From the NCBI GenBank assembly GCA_001949185.1, contig BDGG01000010.1, positions 287,337 through 351,336 on the forward strand: a stretch of 64,000 nucleotides of DNA. The letters run 5' to 3'. This DNA comes from Ramazzottius varieornatus. Its lineage: Eukaryota > Animalia > Tardigrada. This document shows positions 1 to 17,800 of this stretch, piece by piece (the first letter of the stretch is position 1; every line of letters starts with the position of its first letter). The translations under genes and the position numbers were made by a program. Under the pieces are notes generated by a model. That model worked only from the letters and a program-made list of their open reading frames with translations, did not search any database and was not told the DNA's origin.

Positions 1-1155
1 TCCTCGTTCTTGACCGTTCATGGAATCCAGACTCTTGAGCAACGCCAAACATGTGTCCAGTTCTTGGTTAGTTTCAGTGAGCAGCCATATTTTCAGAGCA
101 GCTTGGTTGGGGTGGTTCGTGACGTTCGGGAAACGTTTGTCCAAGGTTCGATAAGCTAAGCCTAACGTAACGTTCCTCTTGCTGGCTTCCATTCCGTCCA
201 AGGCCTGTAAAAAGAAATCTTTCCGGAACAGCATATACCTACTTATAGTCCACGACCTTACTTGAAGGATAAGGCTCGTGATGGCCATTTGGTAGTGAAT
301 ATTCGGATTATTCTGGTCTAGTCGAGCGAGGCTCATCGCGATCTTCTGCATTTCTTTGGGCTGGTGATGCCGGAAATAGCAAGTCAAAATCAGCTCCATG
401 GCATCGCCGTTTCCTTTACAGGCGATCAGCGCCTTTTGCAGGAAATGATGTATCCGGAAAACTGCAAGAACAAATTTAATGTGAATTCTTTTGTAAGGAA
501 TGGACTTTCACAGTGGAAATGATGTCCAGCCATGGCGTCTCTACGGTTCGGCTCAAGAAACTCAGTTGTCCAACTGATTTGGCACATCATATGGTAAAGA
601 TAATTACGTGACGTACTAAAATTCAAACAACCAGTGGCGTGACCGAATGGGAAATCGCGGCACTGATTGGCCAACCAACTAAGGTAACATTCTTGCCAAG
701 CATTTTCATTTGATTTCACTCACAGTCGGCTGTTTGATGTTGGTAGAGGTGGACAACCACAAGAATCGTTAGCTCGTCTATCTCCGCATTTTCAGGTATG
801 CTATCGATGATGTTTTCGCAGGTACGGAGAGTTCGTGGATTGCCAGGATCATGTCGGACGAGCGCCAGCGCTTTGCAGGCCAGGAACGGTGGAGCAGCAC
901 CAAACTTCTTGATCAGCTTATCCGTCTCCTGCATTGCTCGCTTCGGCTCAGGTTCCAGCAAATCTGCAAGGGAAAGCTATAATGCTAAAATTGAGAGGTC
1001 AGAGAATAAATTTGACGGAATTTACCCAGAACATTCTTTAGCCGGCGTCCACTGATACCCGCTTTTGGCCAAGCATCGCGAATGCTGTTCCATGACTGAT
1101 TCTCTCGTCTGGATCCCAATCCCGCCACCGGATACAGTTTCTTTTGATGGCTCAT
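1..1155 (-). CDS. NAA25: NatB auxiliary subunit (NAA25/MDM20-like TPR protein), 5' exons; gene runs off the left edge
   Basis: ATG 1155. Exon 1026-1155 joins in phase 1 to the exon starting at 963, giving GRRLKNVL-DLLEPEPKRAMQETDKLIKKF...CKALALVR, which matches the NAA25 N-terminus pattern (RRLRPIYD...KMAIQQADKLLKK). Further exons at about 1-205 and 261-415. Confidence 0.7.
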
Positions 1156-1698
1156 CCTAGACGGTGAGCTATAGTTTCAGAGACAACAAGAACGAGATAT
1201 TTCAATGAGACATTCTGAAAGCAGAAAACACCAAACAGCAAATGAATTTTTCCGAACAGCTGTCCGATTGCATAACTGATAGCTGGCCGTACGGTACAGT
1301 TTTCACTCAATGAACTGCTGACTCACCACTCACAGCTGAACTGAAGGTCGTTCGTACAGCTTCGCGGTTAGATGAACGCGTGTTCAAGTCCCATAACAAC
1401 AATTATAGGGACTTGGACTTTGTTTTTGGGCAAACGACGAACCCTTGCTTGTCCACTCATCTTTTTGAAGTTTGGTTTTCTTTAGATCGTGTGGAACTTT
1501 GTTTCATGAGACTGGAGTTTATGGGAAGCCTCATTCGAACCATGCTCCTCCGAAATGACCCAGTACAGCGTGCGACTGAGAATCGAACCGGAATCGAACA
1601 GGAAGGAAATTCAGGCACTTCACTATTGCCACTCCCATTTGATAGGTGGTTACTATCGGTTCGAACTTCGAAGCCAGCAGCAGGGCAATCTTTCACTA

Positions 1699-2335
1699 CG
1701 AGGTAAACGACATAACTCGGCCGTACCCGTTTTTGGGACATAATTCGGCCGGTGTTGCGGTATAAGGTGGCAGCACGTGGCACTTTACTGTATGCCGAAT
1801 ACCGCACCCATGACCGTACCACACTTCGGTTTCGCGGTAACGCTGTTTTGCGGTACCGCACTGGCTATCGAGCAAAGCTTCTTCCCCCACGACAACTACT
1901 TTTCCGGAAAGCGATCACAACATCAGAAAATACTCTTTTATAAAATTGGCAGTGCGGTATTGCATCAGACCACGGTCACCAAACGGAAATTCGTCAGAGA
2001 GTTGTTTCATACCGTCCACAACGCTCGAAATCTTGAAAACAAGCTGAGTGACGTGCAGGATAATCATGGAAGCGACGACACAAGCGCCTCTCGAGGCCTA
2101 CTTGATTTTAGTTTCGCAGGCTCTTCAGCATTAGCGCGACCCTTCTCTCTTCGAAGACCTGTATTTCATCCTCTGAGCATCGGATCTTCTCCAGAACCGT
2201 TTAGAGCTTTAGGAAAAAATATTTTTTGATCCGTAAATCATACAGGATGGAAATCCATCCAGAAGTTACTGAAAAAAACAGCCGTCCGAATTATGTCCCA
2301 AAAACGGGTACGGCCGAATTATGTCGTTTACCTCG
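1699..2335. mobile_element. Non-autonomous Tc1/mariner-type MITE (637 bp)
   Basis: 50-bp terminal inverted repeats CGAGGTAAACGACATAA(C/T)TCGGCCGTACCCGTTTTTGGGACATAATTCGG with 1 mismatch; TA on both sides (1697-98, 2336-37). Confidence 0.85.
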
Positions 2336-5300
2336 TATGGGCCAAAGATTTATTTACGCTCAAAGCCTGGCGGCGACAAATGAAAGTGAAGTTTTTATTG
2401 CCGATGATGAAACGGCGCCCGTAATCGCATCACATCGGGCTTCCCGGCGCGCTGACCGCGGTAGACTCGAAAGTCATAAGAATCAAACTGGGCTCAAGTG
2501 CACTTAGAACTTTACGAGCATATTTATGGCTTAGAATCCGCAAGATTAGAAGTTTGGCCGCAAGTATGCGGCAGATGATCGATGGGTCAGGGATATTACT
2601 TTGTGTTAGTTCGACATGTTTCGAGGAGGCGTATGCCGCCCATCCATCTTATCAAGTTAGGAAGACATAAAATCTTACGACGGTTATTGCACGTTGAAGA
2701 GTTTGAAATTGCTTCTTGTTGACCACCTTTAAACTTTGAAAACCTAGTCGGAAGTGTCAGGCGTTTTAACATATGGCTCTAACTGTAACACAACAATCTT
2801 TCCGACTGGGCGTGTCGTACGGTATAGCAGCCCACACAAAGTTGTACGAACTGTAGTGCATTCTTGCGTAGCTGGTGGAGTTATGCTAGCTGACCATTAT
2901 TTTGAACTTCATTGCTGTCTTTCACGGATCACGCTAACTTGTGCTTATCTCTGCCAGCGGCGCTGCGGTGATTTCAGATTGAATCTGCTTATGGACACAG
3001 CATGGAAAGGAATCACTAATTGACACCGTTGGAATTTATCTTGCAGATCGATATCGATGATGGACATGGATTGTGGTTCTCCCCCAGGAGCTCTACAACC
3101 TTCGCTTGACGGTGGTAGGTTTCGAACGTGAAGGAGTTTTGGTTCCATTTTTGCAATGGAAATGTCGGTAAATTCATCACTGTTATGCTATACAGAATTC
3201 ACGGGTCAACAGAGCGACCGGAAGCAGCGGCCTAACTAGCAGTGGACAGCGGTCAAATAGGCTGATCTTGTGTTCATCCAGGACTAAATCAAACGTCTGC
3301 ATCTCCAGAGAAATCCACGTTTGCTCCGGGTTACTCCAAAGGTATGTACTACAGATAGCTGTAAAAAATTACTGCAGGAAAGAGGAACGTTCGCTCGGCT
3401 TCGAAATCAGTGTCGCGCTATCATGGTAAAATTCAAGCAGGCTTTTCAAACCGCGTCGTCTTCTCGAAATTAACGAACCATCTACCGAGTTTTCGACGTG
3501 TATTTTTCTACGATCTTTCGTTAACTACAGATTAAGCTTAGCTAGCGAATCACGTAAGTGTTAGAAAGATAGATCAGTTGGCGCAATGGTCCGTCTCCTC
3601 GCAATGTACAGTATACAATTGATTATCGCAGACTATTAATTTTCTTCGTTTGAAGCAGCAAAATATGAAACTTATCCGAGCTTTTCTGCTTCGGTAAACA
3701 CAGCAGCAGAGTTATCGGTTGACCTGTATCTCCCTCGATGTTGCAAATACCCGTAATTACCCCACAGTGCAATTTCGGCTTGTTCACGCAGAGGTTTTCT
3801 CGAACCCAGTATTCCACCGTAGATCATTTACGCAGCGGTGCTCAAAGCCCAAAACCGAAAAATGAGTTGATATCCCTTGTGTTAACGTGATGGTTGAAGT
3901 GGATGTTTGTTTAGTTGTCACACTCTTGACTCTTGATGCTCATGTTGGCTTTGGAAGCCGGTTTGGGCCATGGCTGCATCTGCGCATGCATACCATCGCT
4001 ACAACCCGTCAGACCACTAGTACTACAAGACCGTCCATGTCTGACATATTTTATGAACGACGAGTCGACAGATCACTTCAACTGGCTTCAGCGACGCTGA
4101 CTTTGACCCATATCAAAACGACAATGTGCTTTCATGCACCTTGTAGACTATATACAGATGCCTGCATTATCGTCTCCAGTTACCTTCCTGCATGCATACG
4201 CGCAGCCGGCTTTTCATCTGCGATGGTCAATAGTGCAGTAAACGGCACTAAAAGCAGTAAAGTCATATCTGTATGCTAATGTAAATACAGGACAAGATTG
4301 CCCGTATTGTTCTATCGAAACTGAGCTCTGCTCTGCCGGGACCTGGTAATTTGCTGTCCCATTGCGCAGCGCCCTGGAAATTTAGATAAGATATCGGTTA
4401 TAGCCAATGTTTTATGCAGATGGTCCGCTGTCAAATATTCCTCCACTAACCAAGCTGCACCCAGATGAATTCGGGCGGAGAGTGTCAGGTTTCTGCGGGA
4501 AACATGAATGTACCGTGTCAAGCATTTATATACGGTGTTTCGGTCTTACGAAACCTTGAGGTCCGTTACGGAAGGAAGAGGATTACAGTATCAATCGTTC
4601 ATGGACGGAAATGTGTTCACAAACCAGGGAGAGATGGTTACATATCGTCTGACATAAAACAGTCTTACTCGACCAGTTTCAACGTTAACGCCGTGGTTCG
4701 CAGCATGGGTGTTGTCGAGGTTAGTCGACAGTGCGAAGCTGGCCGTATGCGACCGTGGAAAGGTTCGTGAGAAACTTCGTTCAGCGCGACTACGATTGAA
4801 TAGCGTTATTATCCTCTTCATTTAATTAACTTCTCAATGTTGAAGAAAAGCTGAAGTATGACTTTAAAAGGAGTAAAGTTCATTTTTGATTGCGTAGCCG
4901 TAAAACTGATTGACATTCCCGCTTGTCGTCGCTTAATATGGTAATTAAACTCAATTACAATCAAAACGTTTCTTTCACATTTGGCGTTCGTGTACGGAAG
5001 GGCAATTTATGTCAGTTGTGGGTCGACTAATGCAAGCTGTGTAATGTCAGATGTTAACACGCGGCACGGTATGGAGTACTGAGGAACTTTAATAGCTCCT
5101 TCAAGCATCGATCATGAATTTGGATTGGTCTCAGCTTCTGTTGGCGTTCATGCGTCTGACAACGAGATGCTATTGTGTTGTGCTTCTGTAACAGCCATAA
5201 AGAGTAATGATGTGACGTTAATGTTTTTTCAAACTTGAATTGTGACTGTATTGGCCGGGGATCCGTGCCGGACTGAATTGCCATGATTGGTGTTTCTGTA

Positions 5301-6019
5301 CGTGCAAAAACGCAGGCTAGAATGAAGAATTATGGGTCGATCTAACTTAGTCGATACGGGTATCGATGCGACAGAATTTCGAGGCGGCTTGAAGATTTGT
5401 GTCAAGTTCTTACTGTAGGCTACGACCTTTGATGATTTTTCCGTGGGTCACGCGTAGAAAGAACCGCTGGTAGGAAGGAGAAGGCATCCATGATTTTAAA
5501 ATGCGCATAAGTTGGAAGAAAAAGTTTTAAGAAACGCACACCAAACTTCTAGCCAAATTTCTCGCTTCGCATAATTTTTTCATCAACGAAAATCAAAGTT
5601 TCGTGGGAGAAAGAATTGAGGTACATTTTCTTGACAGCTTTTTCATGATCTTAACAGTACTTTTTTGGAAGCGTGGTATTTCAAATTCTGTTTCGAACAC
5701 TGCAAATTCATGCTAATTTTTGGTTTTTTCAGGTCGGTCATGCCGTCACGCCGAACATTGGCAGAAGATCGGCTGCCTTGAGAAGGAATAATGAGCGATG
5801 ACTAGCCTCATATACTGATGCAACTTGAGCGTGACCGCATTGTGGAACTCGAAACGGGGATTGGATATTTCTCAATTGCTTATGATTGACTGTTGCGGTT
5901 CTCCGATATGACGGCTGTGTAAGCAAGCTTAGCAAGTCAACTGATATCGCGAGATATCGGCGTCCTGTTTCTCGTTATCCCTTCTGACTGAAGCCGGCAG
6001 ACCATCGATCTTCCGAAAA

Positions 6020-11380
<5,361 letters not shown>

Positions 11381-11629
11381 GATACGTTGTTTGAGTTGGG
11401 TTCCAGGGATGAACAAGAGTGTTTCCTGTCTGTAGGGGAAACGAAGAGGAGTACCGAGCTTGGGGATAAGTGGCAGCCGGACCGCCACTATGTGATAAAC
11501 GTTTTTGTACAGTGTCTCTGAGTATGGAACCTGTTTCCCTTCTATCTTTCTGTAATTACGATAAGACTACCGTATTCAAAGTAACCTTGAGCGACGGATG
11601 AATTTGGCAGGTTTTTCAGCTTTCATTTT

Positions 11630-11800
11630 CTAGAGCTTGATGAGACTTTTTGTTACGTTTCGCCGTTGAATATTAGTTTTAATAAACTCTGGAATGCCTC
11701 TTACAACTCTGATTTCGTCCGCGGGATCGTCGCCACCTGCGCATAACATCCATGTTGTTCCTAGGAGGATAAGCACCAATTTCGCTGCACATGACATCAT
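11630..11800 (-). CDS. Possible small secreted peptide (56 aa)
   Basis: MMSCAAKLVLILLGTTWMLCAG-GDDPADE... has signal-peptide-like hydrophobicity; no family recognised. Confidence 0.3.
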   Translation of the reverse strand: MMSCAAKLVLILLGTTWMLCAGGDDPADEIRVVRGIPEFIKTNIQRRNVTKSLIKL

Positions 11801-11976
11801 TGCAATACAAAAATAATAATAATAATAATGAATTTCATAAAACGTTACGTGTGGGACGGTAGGACACCAACATCTCGAATGAGTTAGAACGTCTATGGAA
11901 GTTTTAGCTGCCCAGGATATTATCACTATGTAGTTATAAAAGGCTGACGCTTTCGTCTCGGGTTTTCATCGAAGTA

Positions 11977-12183
11977 TTAGCAGTCGCACGGGATGCAGAT
12001 GGGAATCGGAAAGCAGCAGATCCAGCATCGCGTGCTTTCTCCCTCTGCGCCACCTTCCTGTACTTCTTGTGAATCGATCTTCCCGTCCGAGATTCCGCTC
12101 CCAGGTTGTCGGTTGTTCACCGTCGATCCTTCTGGCTGGACTTTGTCCTTCGATGGAGTTATCGGTTGGTGCACTTGATCCAT
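11977..12183 (-). CDS. Small protein (68 aa) with Cys-rich hydrophobic C-terminus (CYSTM-like)
   Basis: MDQVHQPITPSK...EGESTRCWICCFPIPICIPCDC*. Upstream donor (GTAAGT, about 12300) and acceptor (about 12206) indicate a spliced 5'UTR. Head-to-head with RFK. Confidence 0.6.
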   Translation of the reverse strand: MDQVHQPITPSKDKVQPEGSTVNNRQPGSGISDGKIDSQEVQEGGAEGESTRCWICCFPIPICIPCDC

Positions 12184-12670
12184 TGTCCGCGATTGCACTA
12201 GTCTACCTGCTGAATGCGCGAAGTTCAGTTTGCGACAAGATTACGCTAAGTACGTATAAAAACCTTCTTACGGGCTTCTAACGGTCGATGACACACTTAC
12301 CTATCAATTAAGGAGTCCAAAGACGCTCCTGGAGAGATAAGCAGGAAAATTTCGCAGGAAGGTTAAAACAGCTGCAGGAAACGTCGGGAAATTCCAGTAG
12401 CGATTGTTTTGATTGTTTACTGGGTGATGAGATCATCGATGGCGCATCTTACGCACCTGCTCCAGGTGTAACTAAATCAAGCAATCAACTTTCCGGATGG
12501 CTGAATACACACTTGTTAAACGACGTCATCGTAGTCCCCACCCCTTCTGAAAAGCTGATTGTTGATTATGCAAGTCCGATAAAGTGGAGCAGTCTCAGCC
12601 CAGCTGCTGAGTCATTCTTTGCTTATGAACTGGAATAGTCTCTTTTCTAGATTTATGTCGGTCCTTAGGA

Positions 12671-13462
12671 ATGGCGAAGGATACAGTGAAGGAACAAGGA
12701 TTGGAGATGTCATGTTTGCCGTTCCTGGCGGAAGGACGCGTAGTGAAAGGCTTCGGACGAGGGAGCAAACAGCTCGGCATCCCGACGGCCAACTTCACGC
12801 AAGACGTGGTGGACACTATGCCTACGGACATGATCGAGGGAGTCTACTACGGGTTGGCCAATGTGGACGGTGGATCAGTGAGCAGAATGGTAATGAGCGT
12901 CGGACACAATCTACATTTCGCCAACGCAATGCGGACCATGGTAAGAATTCATATTCGCAATCTTCGCCTTCAGTGCGTGGTATATTTCTTCTTCATATGG
13001 TTTAGGAAACGCATATCCTGAGGTCGTTCGCGGATGACTTCTACGGAGGACTGCTGAGGGTGATGGTTCTGGGATTCATCCGAGAAATGGAAAGTTACAC
13101 GAGTCTCGGTAAGTCGATATACTGCTAAGTCCGAAGGATGACCTATGTCGTCACGGATGCACGGACGTTAGCACGGTCCGCAGTGACGTCACGGGCGACT
13201 GGACGTCGCACGTCACTGTGAACTGTGAGGAATGGAAAACCCACAAAGGCCGATAATTGTTTTCTTCGGTGGCGCCATAACTGCACTTTTCTTGTTCTGC
13301 CTAGATGCGCTGATTGCAGCAATACATTCAGACATTGATATTGCCAACAAGGCTCTAAGTGAAGAAAGGTTCGCTTCCTGCTACGACAGCGACTTCTTCA
13401 AACACGGGTTCGCTGTTGTGACGAACGGCCGAGCCGTGCAGTCTGATGGGACCAGCAGCTGA
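12671..13462 (+). CDS. RFK: Riboflavin kinase, 3 exons (12671-12940, about 13006-13108, about 13305-13462)
   Basis: GRVVKGFGRGSKQLGIPTANF signature, ETHIL...DDFYG, LIAAIHSDIDIA. Confidence 0.95.
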
Positions 13463-13799
13463 AGTCCCGGCTACGTTCGCGCGGCTGCCAGTAGAAATTT
13501 TCTTGGCACCCTTTTGATTCATTCCGGCTGTAGACTATGACTACCCCTGTGTGATAGCCAGATTTCCCTCCGTTTATTTATTTCACTTCGATTTTATCAT
13601 TTTAAATCTGACAACACTACGGACCACTACCTACCGTGATAACAGTATTCTGGCGGTTCTTGGTGATTCTGCCTGTTTTTAGCCGTGCTGAAGAAATTAT
13701 TCTGTCCTAATTCAGTGTACTGATATCCCAGCTATCCTTCTACTTCTTCGTTTGAATAAGACTTCGTGCATCAGAGTTTGTCCATTCTTGGTGTCATCT

Positions 13800-13910
13800 T
13801 AAGTGGCGCATGAAAGTTGAGAGACCGGCAAACAAAACGTGCGAGATATTAGTAGTTCTCACGTGGCGCACGTTTTCGTTGTTGCTGGGCGGAAGAGGTG
13901 CGCCACTTGA
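13800..13910. repeat. Tandem pair of fixed-spacer palindromes (downstream of RFK)
   Basis: Degenerate copy at 13800 (27-nt spacer, decayed right arm) and GTGGCGCAC-26 nt-GTGCGCCACTTG at 13863. Confidence 0.8.
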
Positions 13911-14864
13911 GATGATGATCATTTACACTTGCCGGCTTGTTAGTTATCGGACCCGTCAGTGGCGGAAACCATTGTCTGTTTCGTAATTTCTGCGAGAGAA
14001 CTTGTGGATACTTCCTTGACGTTTTCAGTCGATTCGTTTTCAGCTAATACTTCAGCTTTACACGAACTGTTGAGGACAGTGGCTGGTAGTACCCCGAACT
14101 TCGGAGTTGAGAAATCTGTTGTCCGGTGCGTACACGATTGCAAGCACTCGTGACTGCAGCAGCGGCTTGTACGTTGAACGATGTCAAGGTGATACAGGAG
14201 ACGACAGTTGTCCAATGAAAACTGCGAGTATTGTAAACGGGTATTGTTTGATGAGCGACATTGACAGTAGCCGTGTACATTTACCCGTTTGTATGGCAGA
14301 CAATGTCAACTGTCTGGACAATGTGTCGGTATTACGCAGTAATATGCTCGATAATAGCAAGAAGAGCATGCGGAACAATGGCGGGTGAGAGAGGTGAATC
14401 AGACGATACCCCCAGATTGCATTCCATCCGCGTCGCGATCTCGTATTGCATCAGGAATTGTCTCGATGCAGACTGCGGGTATCCATCCTATCGGGTTCCA
14501 CGCTCTGGTGAACTTTTCACGTATTACAGTTGAAACAATAGTATCCGCTCTTAGTCTCTGTTTCTCTTTCCCAGCCATTGTGTCCTCGCCTTGCTCAACC
14601 GTAACGCAAATTTTGCCGCTGCAGTCCACAAGGCCCGGAGGACTTTTCCTTTCGGTTCCTCGAATATTCCTAAGAAGGACTGTTTGTCAAGATGGATTTC
14701 GGGTTCACAGCCTGTTTGTGGAAAAGCCAAACGTCATTGGATGGCGACTGAATTCTCAGAGTGTAGTTCGCCCAAACCGGATGCCCCTACCAACTGTCCA
14801 ATCATTTACTTTCTGATTTATTTTGTTCTCTGGATTGGTCGCGGGTTTACGTGGCCGTGGATAC

Positions 14865-17800
14865 ATGGCCGACCACGTTGAAGTCGCCGTTCGGATGATT
14901 CTTGATCTCTCCTTCATACTTATTGTACTCATAGCCGTTCTAAGTAAGTCCTGTAGCTTTTGCTCTTCAGACTTATCTATGACGATATTCTCACCGATTA
15001 ACTTTGGCGTCGTATGTTAGGTCAGAGTCAGCCAACTTCAGATACCCATGCTCAATGGAGACGCTTGAGGTGGTTGCGATACAGCAACGCTACCCTCCCA
15101 GATTTTCAGTCCCACGTCAAGGTATGAACTCTCGAAATCACTTTAATATCTGGTACTTAAGAAATAAGGTTTATCGTCCCTTCAGATAAAGCGACAAGCG
15201 CCACCGATGGGAAGTATACCATCAGCCGGTGGCATGCCGGCAGGTCCCATGCCTCAACAACAGCAACCCATGGGCGGCATGCCACAACAACAGCAAATGC
15301 AGGGAGGGATGCAGGGAGGGATGCAGGGAGGAATGCAAGGTGGAGGGCCACCTGGATCGATGGGAGGTATGCAGGGTGGATTTGGAGGGTCGCCGCAGTT
15401 TATGGGGCCACCGGGTATGGGAGGGATGCATGGGCCTCACCAAGAATTTTCCTGTGTGGGACGACTACCTCGTCTGTACCAAGATCCCTGGATGTGTACG
15501 CGCTACTACTGGTGTAACTACAATTCCCCACCGATACCCTTCACTTGTCCCAATGGCCAGTTGTTCGACCAGGAACTACAGACCTGTACCATGGCCATGG
15601 CTGTCGAGTGTCGAGACTTTCCTGAACCACTGGTGAGTATTTACTTTTATTCCACAAAATAATATTTCCCCTTAGATGCGTTTCTGTACAACGTTTCCAG
15701 GTTTTCATCGCATGGCATAGAATTGATTCCGACCGGTTTAACCTTCGGAAAAAAGGCAATAATATATTGCTGTATTCATCTCGTATGCGTATGAAAGTTA
15801 CTGACCAAAGACGCGTTTGTTGGACAATAGTGACGGCGCTGAGTACTTCGGCCGATTTTTCATCGTAGTTTTCTCCTTTTCGGTCGATTTTCCACGGCTG
15901 GGTTGAGACACTTCCTGGGAAGCCGGCGCTTGATGAGTTCGAACCTTCCACATTATCAGAGAATGCCCGACCTTAACATCTTCTTATAAGAAGAAACGAT
16001 TGTTTCTACTTGGCAGTACGATACTCAATAATGTTCTATCGTTCGAGCAGTTTTACATGCAAACCTAACTACGAAAAGTGTGGATCTTCGTTCCGTAGAC
16101 TTTGGAATACCAGCTTTTGTCGTTGAGGGAAGCAGCTACAATATTTAAAAAGCGTACTTATTTTCAGTGCTGTCTGACCGGGGGCTGATGAGCCCCGTTC
16201 GAAACTGGCCTTGTTGATGTAACACATTACCGCTTAAACCTGACAACCATCGCTAGATCCGATATCGACCTCCTACAAACCTCTTGAACTTCACCTGATC
16301 TCTTATTTCTTCTTGTAGGATGCGTTGGACGTACCGTCAGGCGGCATAGGTGGGATTGGTTACTCCCCGATGCATCATGGCGGCATGAACGGGCTCAACG
16401 GCATGAATGCGTCACCGTACTCACCGATGTCCGGCTCCATGCCATACGGCGGCTCTTCCATGAACTTTGGTGCTAGTGGCGCTGGTGGCCTTGGCCCACC
16501 CACTAGCCCTGCAGTAGCAGCTGGTCCGCCGTTACCTCCGGTACCAGTCATGCCACCGGGATCCATGACAGTGCCAGCCACGGCCAGTGCACCCATTCCC
16601 AACATGGCGGCTATCGGCCTTCCACCTGCTCAGGTCATTGCTAACCAACAACAAGCTGCTTCTTTACAAGGCAAGTTTCATTTTAGCGTTGTGGACCATC
16701 AATACTGTACACACGAAGGGCAAGTTTGGAAGAGTAAAAAGTTTGAAACAGGCGATTCCAAAGCATCGAAACGGATGTGCGCACATACGTAATTTATGTA
16801 ATTCACACCGGTGCACTTTCCGACAATTTCTACGGTTGAATTCTGCATTTGCCGTCTTTTCCGCCTGTTCCAAACTTATTACAGTTCCGAACTTTCCCTT
16901 CGTGCGTGTACCCGCCATATGTAAAGTAATGTTCTGACTGATACGAAGAGCACGCAACAAACTGGCAAAGATTCGCAGGATCATAAAAACAAACATTTGT
17001 CTTCGACACATCCGATTGTTAGCTGGAACTTTCGTCTGACGCAGTGAAGCACTGACGTACTAGTCAATATGGCAGCTTTATTCTCTGGTCGTCAGTGCCT
17101 CACTACCTCAGACGAAAATCCCAGCCGTAGCTTTACGAACGGTTGTGGTATTCTAGGAGCACACTGATTCTTGTACAGGACAGAAGGCAGACTTTTCATC
17201 CTTTCCTGATCAATTTTCCTTCTTGATAGGTGCAGCTAGCAACATGGTGCCCAACATCAACCTGAACCAGTTCGCCAACGCCCTACTCAACGCCAACAAT
17301 AACGCAAACAACCAAGCAGCCAATCACCACAACTCTATCCACTACGACCAAAATTCCAACGGTGGTGGCGGAGGCTCCTCCATTTCCACAGCCTGCGAAG
17401 AAGGAAAGCTCGGTCTCTTTGGCGATAACAGCAAAGGTTGTCGGACGTACTACTTCTGCGCGCCTCGTGGCTTGAAGTACGAGTTCCAGTGTCCTTCCCA
17501 TTTACTCTTTAATGACCGTTTGAAGACCTGCGACAACCCAGAAAGCGTCACATGTGATCCACCTTCATCTCCACCCAGTCAAGTCGTCAACGGCTTCGCA
17601 TTGAACACTCCAGGAAGGGGACTGGGCTTCGCCGGAGTGATTTCGGCACCTGCGGACGCAATGCCGGCTACGCTAAGGTATCCCAACTACCAACAAGGAA
17701 ACATGTACGCTAGGAGGAACACACCGGATTTCATGCAGTCGAGCGCAGGAGGTAATGGTGGTGGTGGTGGCGGCGGAGGAGGAAACGGTGGTATGGGGGG

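Noticed and set aside
3040-3345. Exon-like segments (MMDMDCGSPPG...) upstream of KANK
   Set aside because: The spliced frame hits a stop quickly; could be 5'UTR or uORF exons but cannot be supported as CDS.
13940-14860. Cys-containing ORFs on both strands between RFK and the first chitin-binding gene
   Set aside because: No consistent splice phases or recognisable domain.
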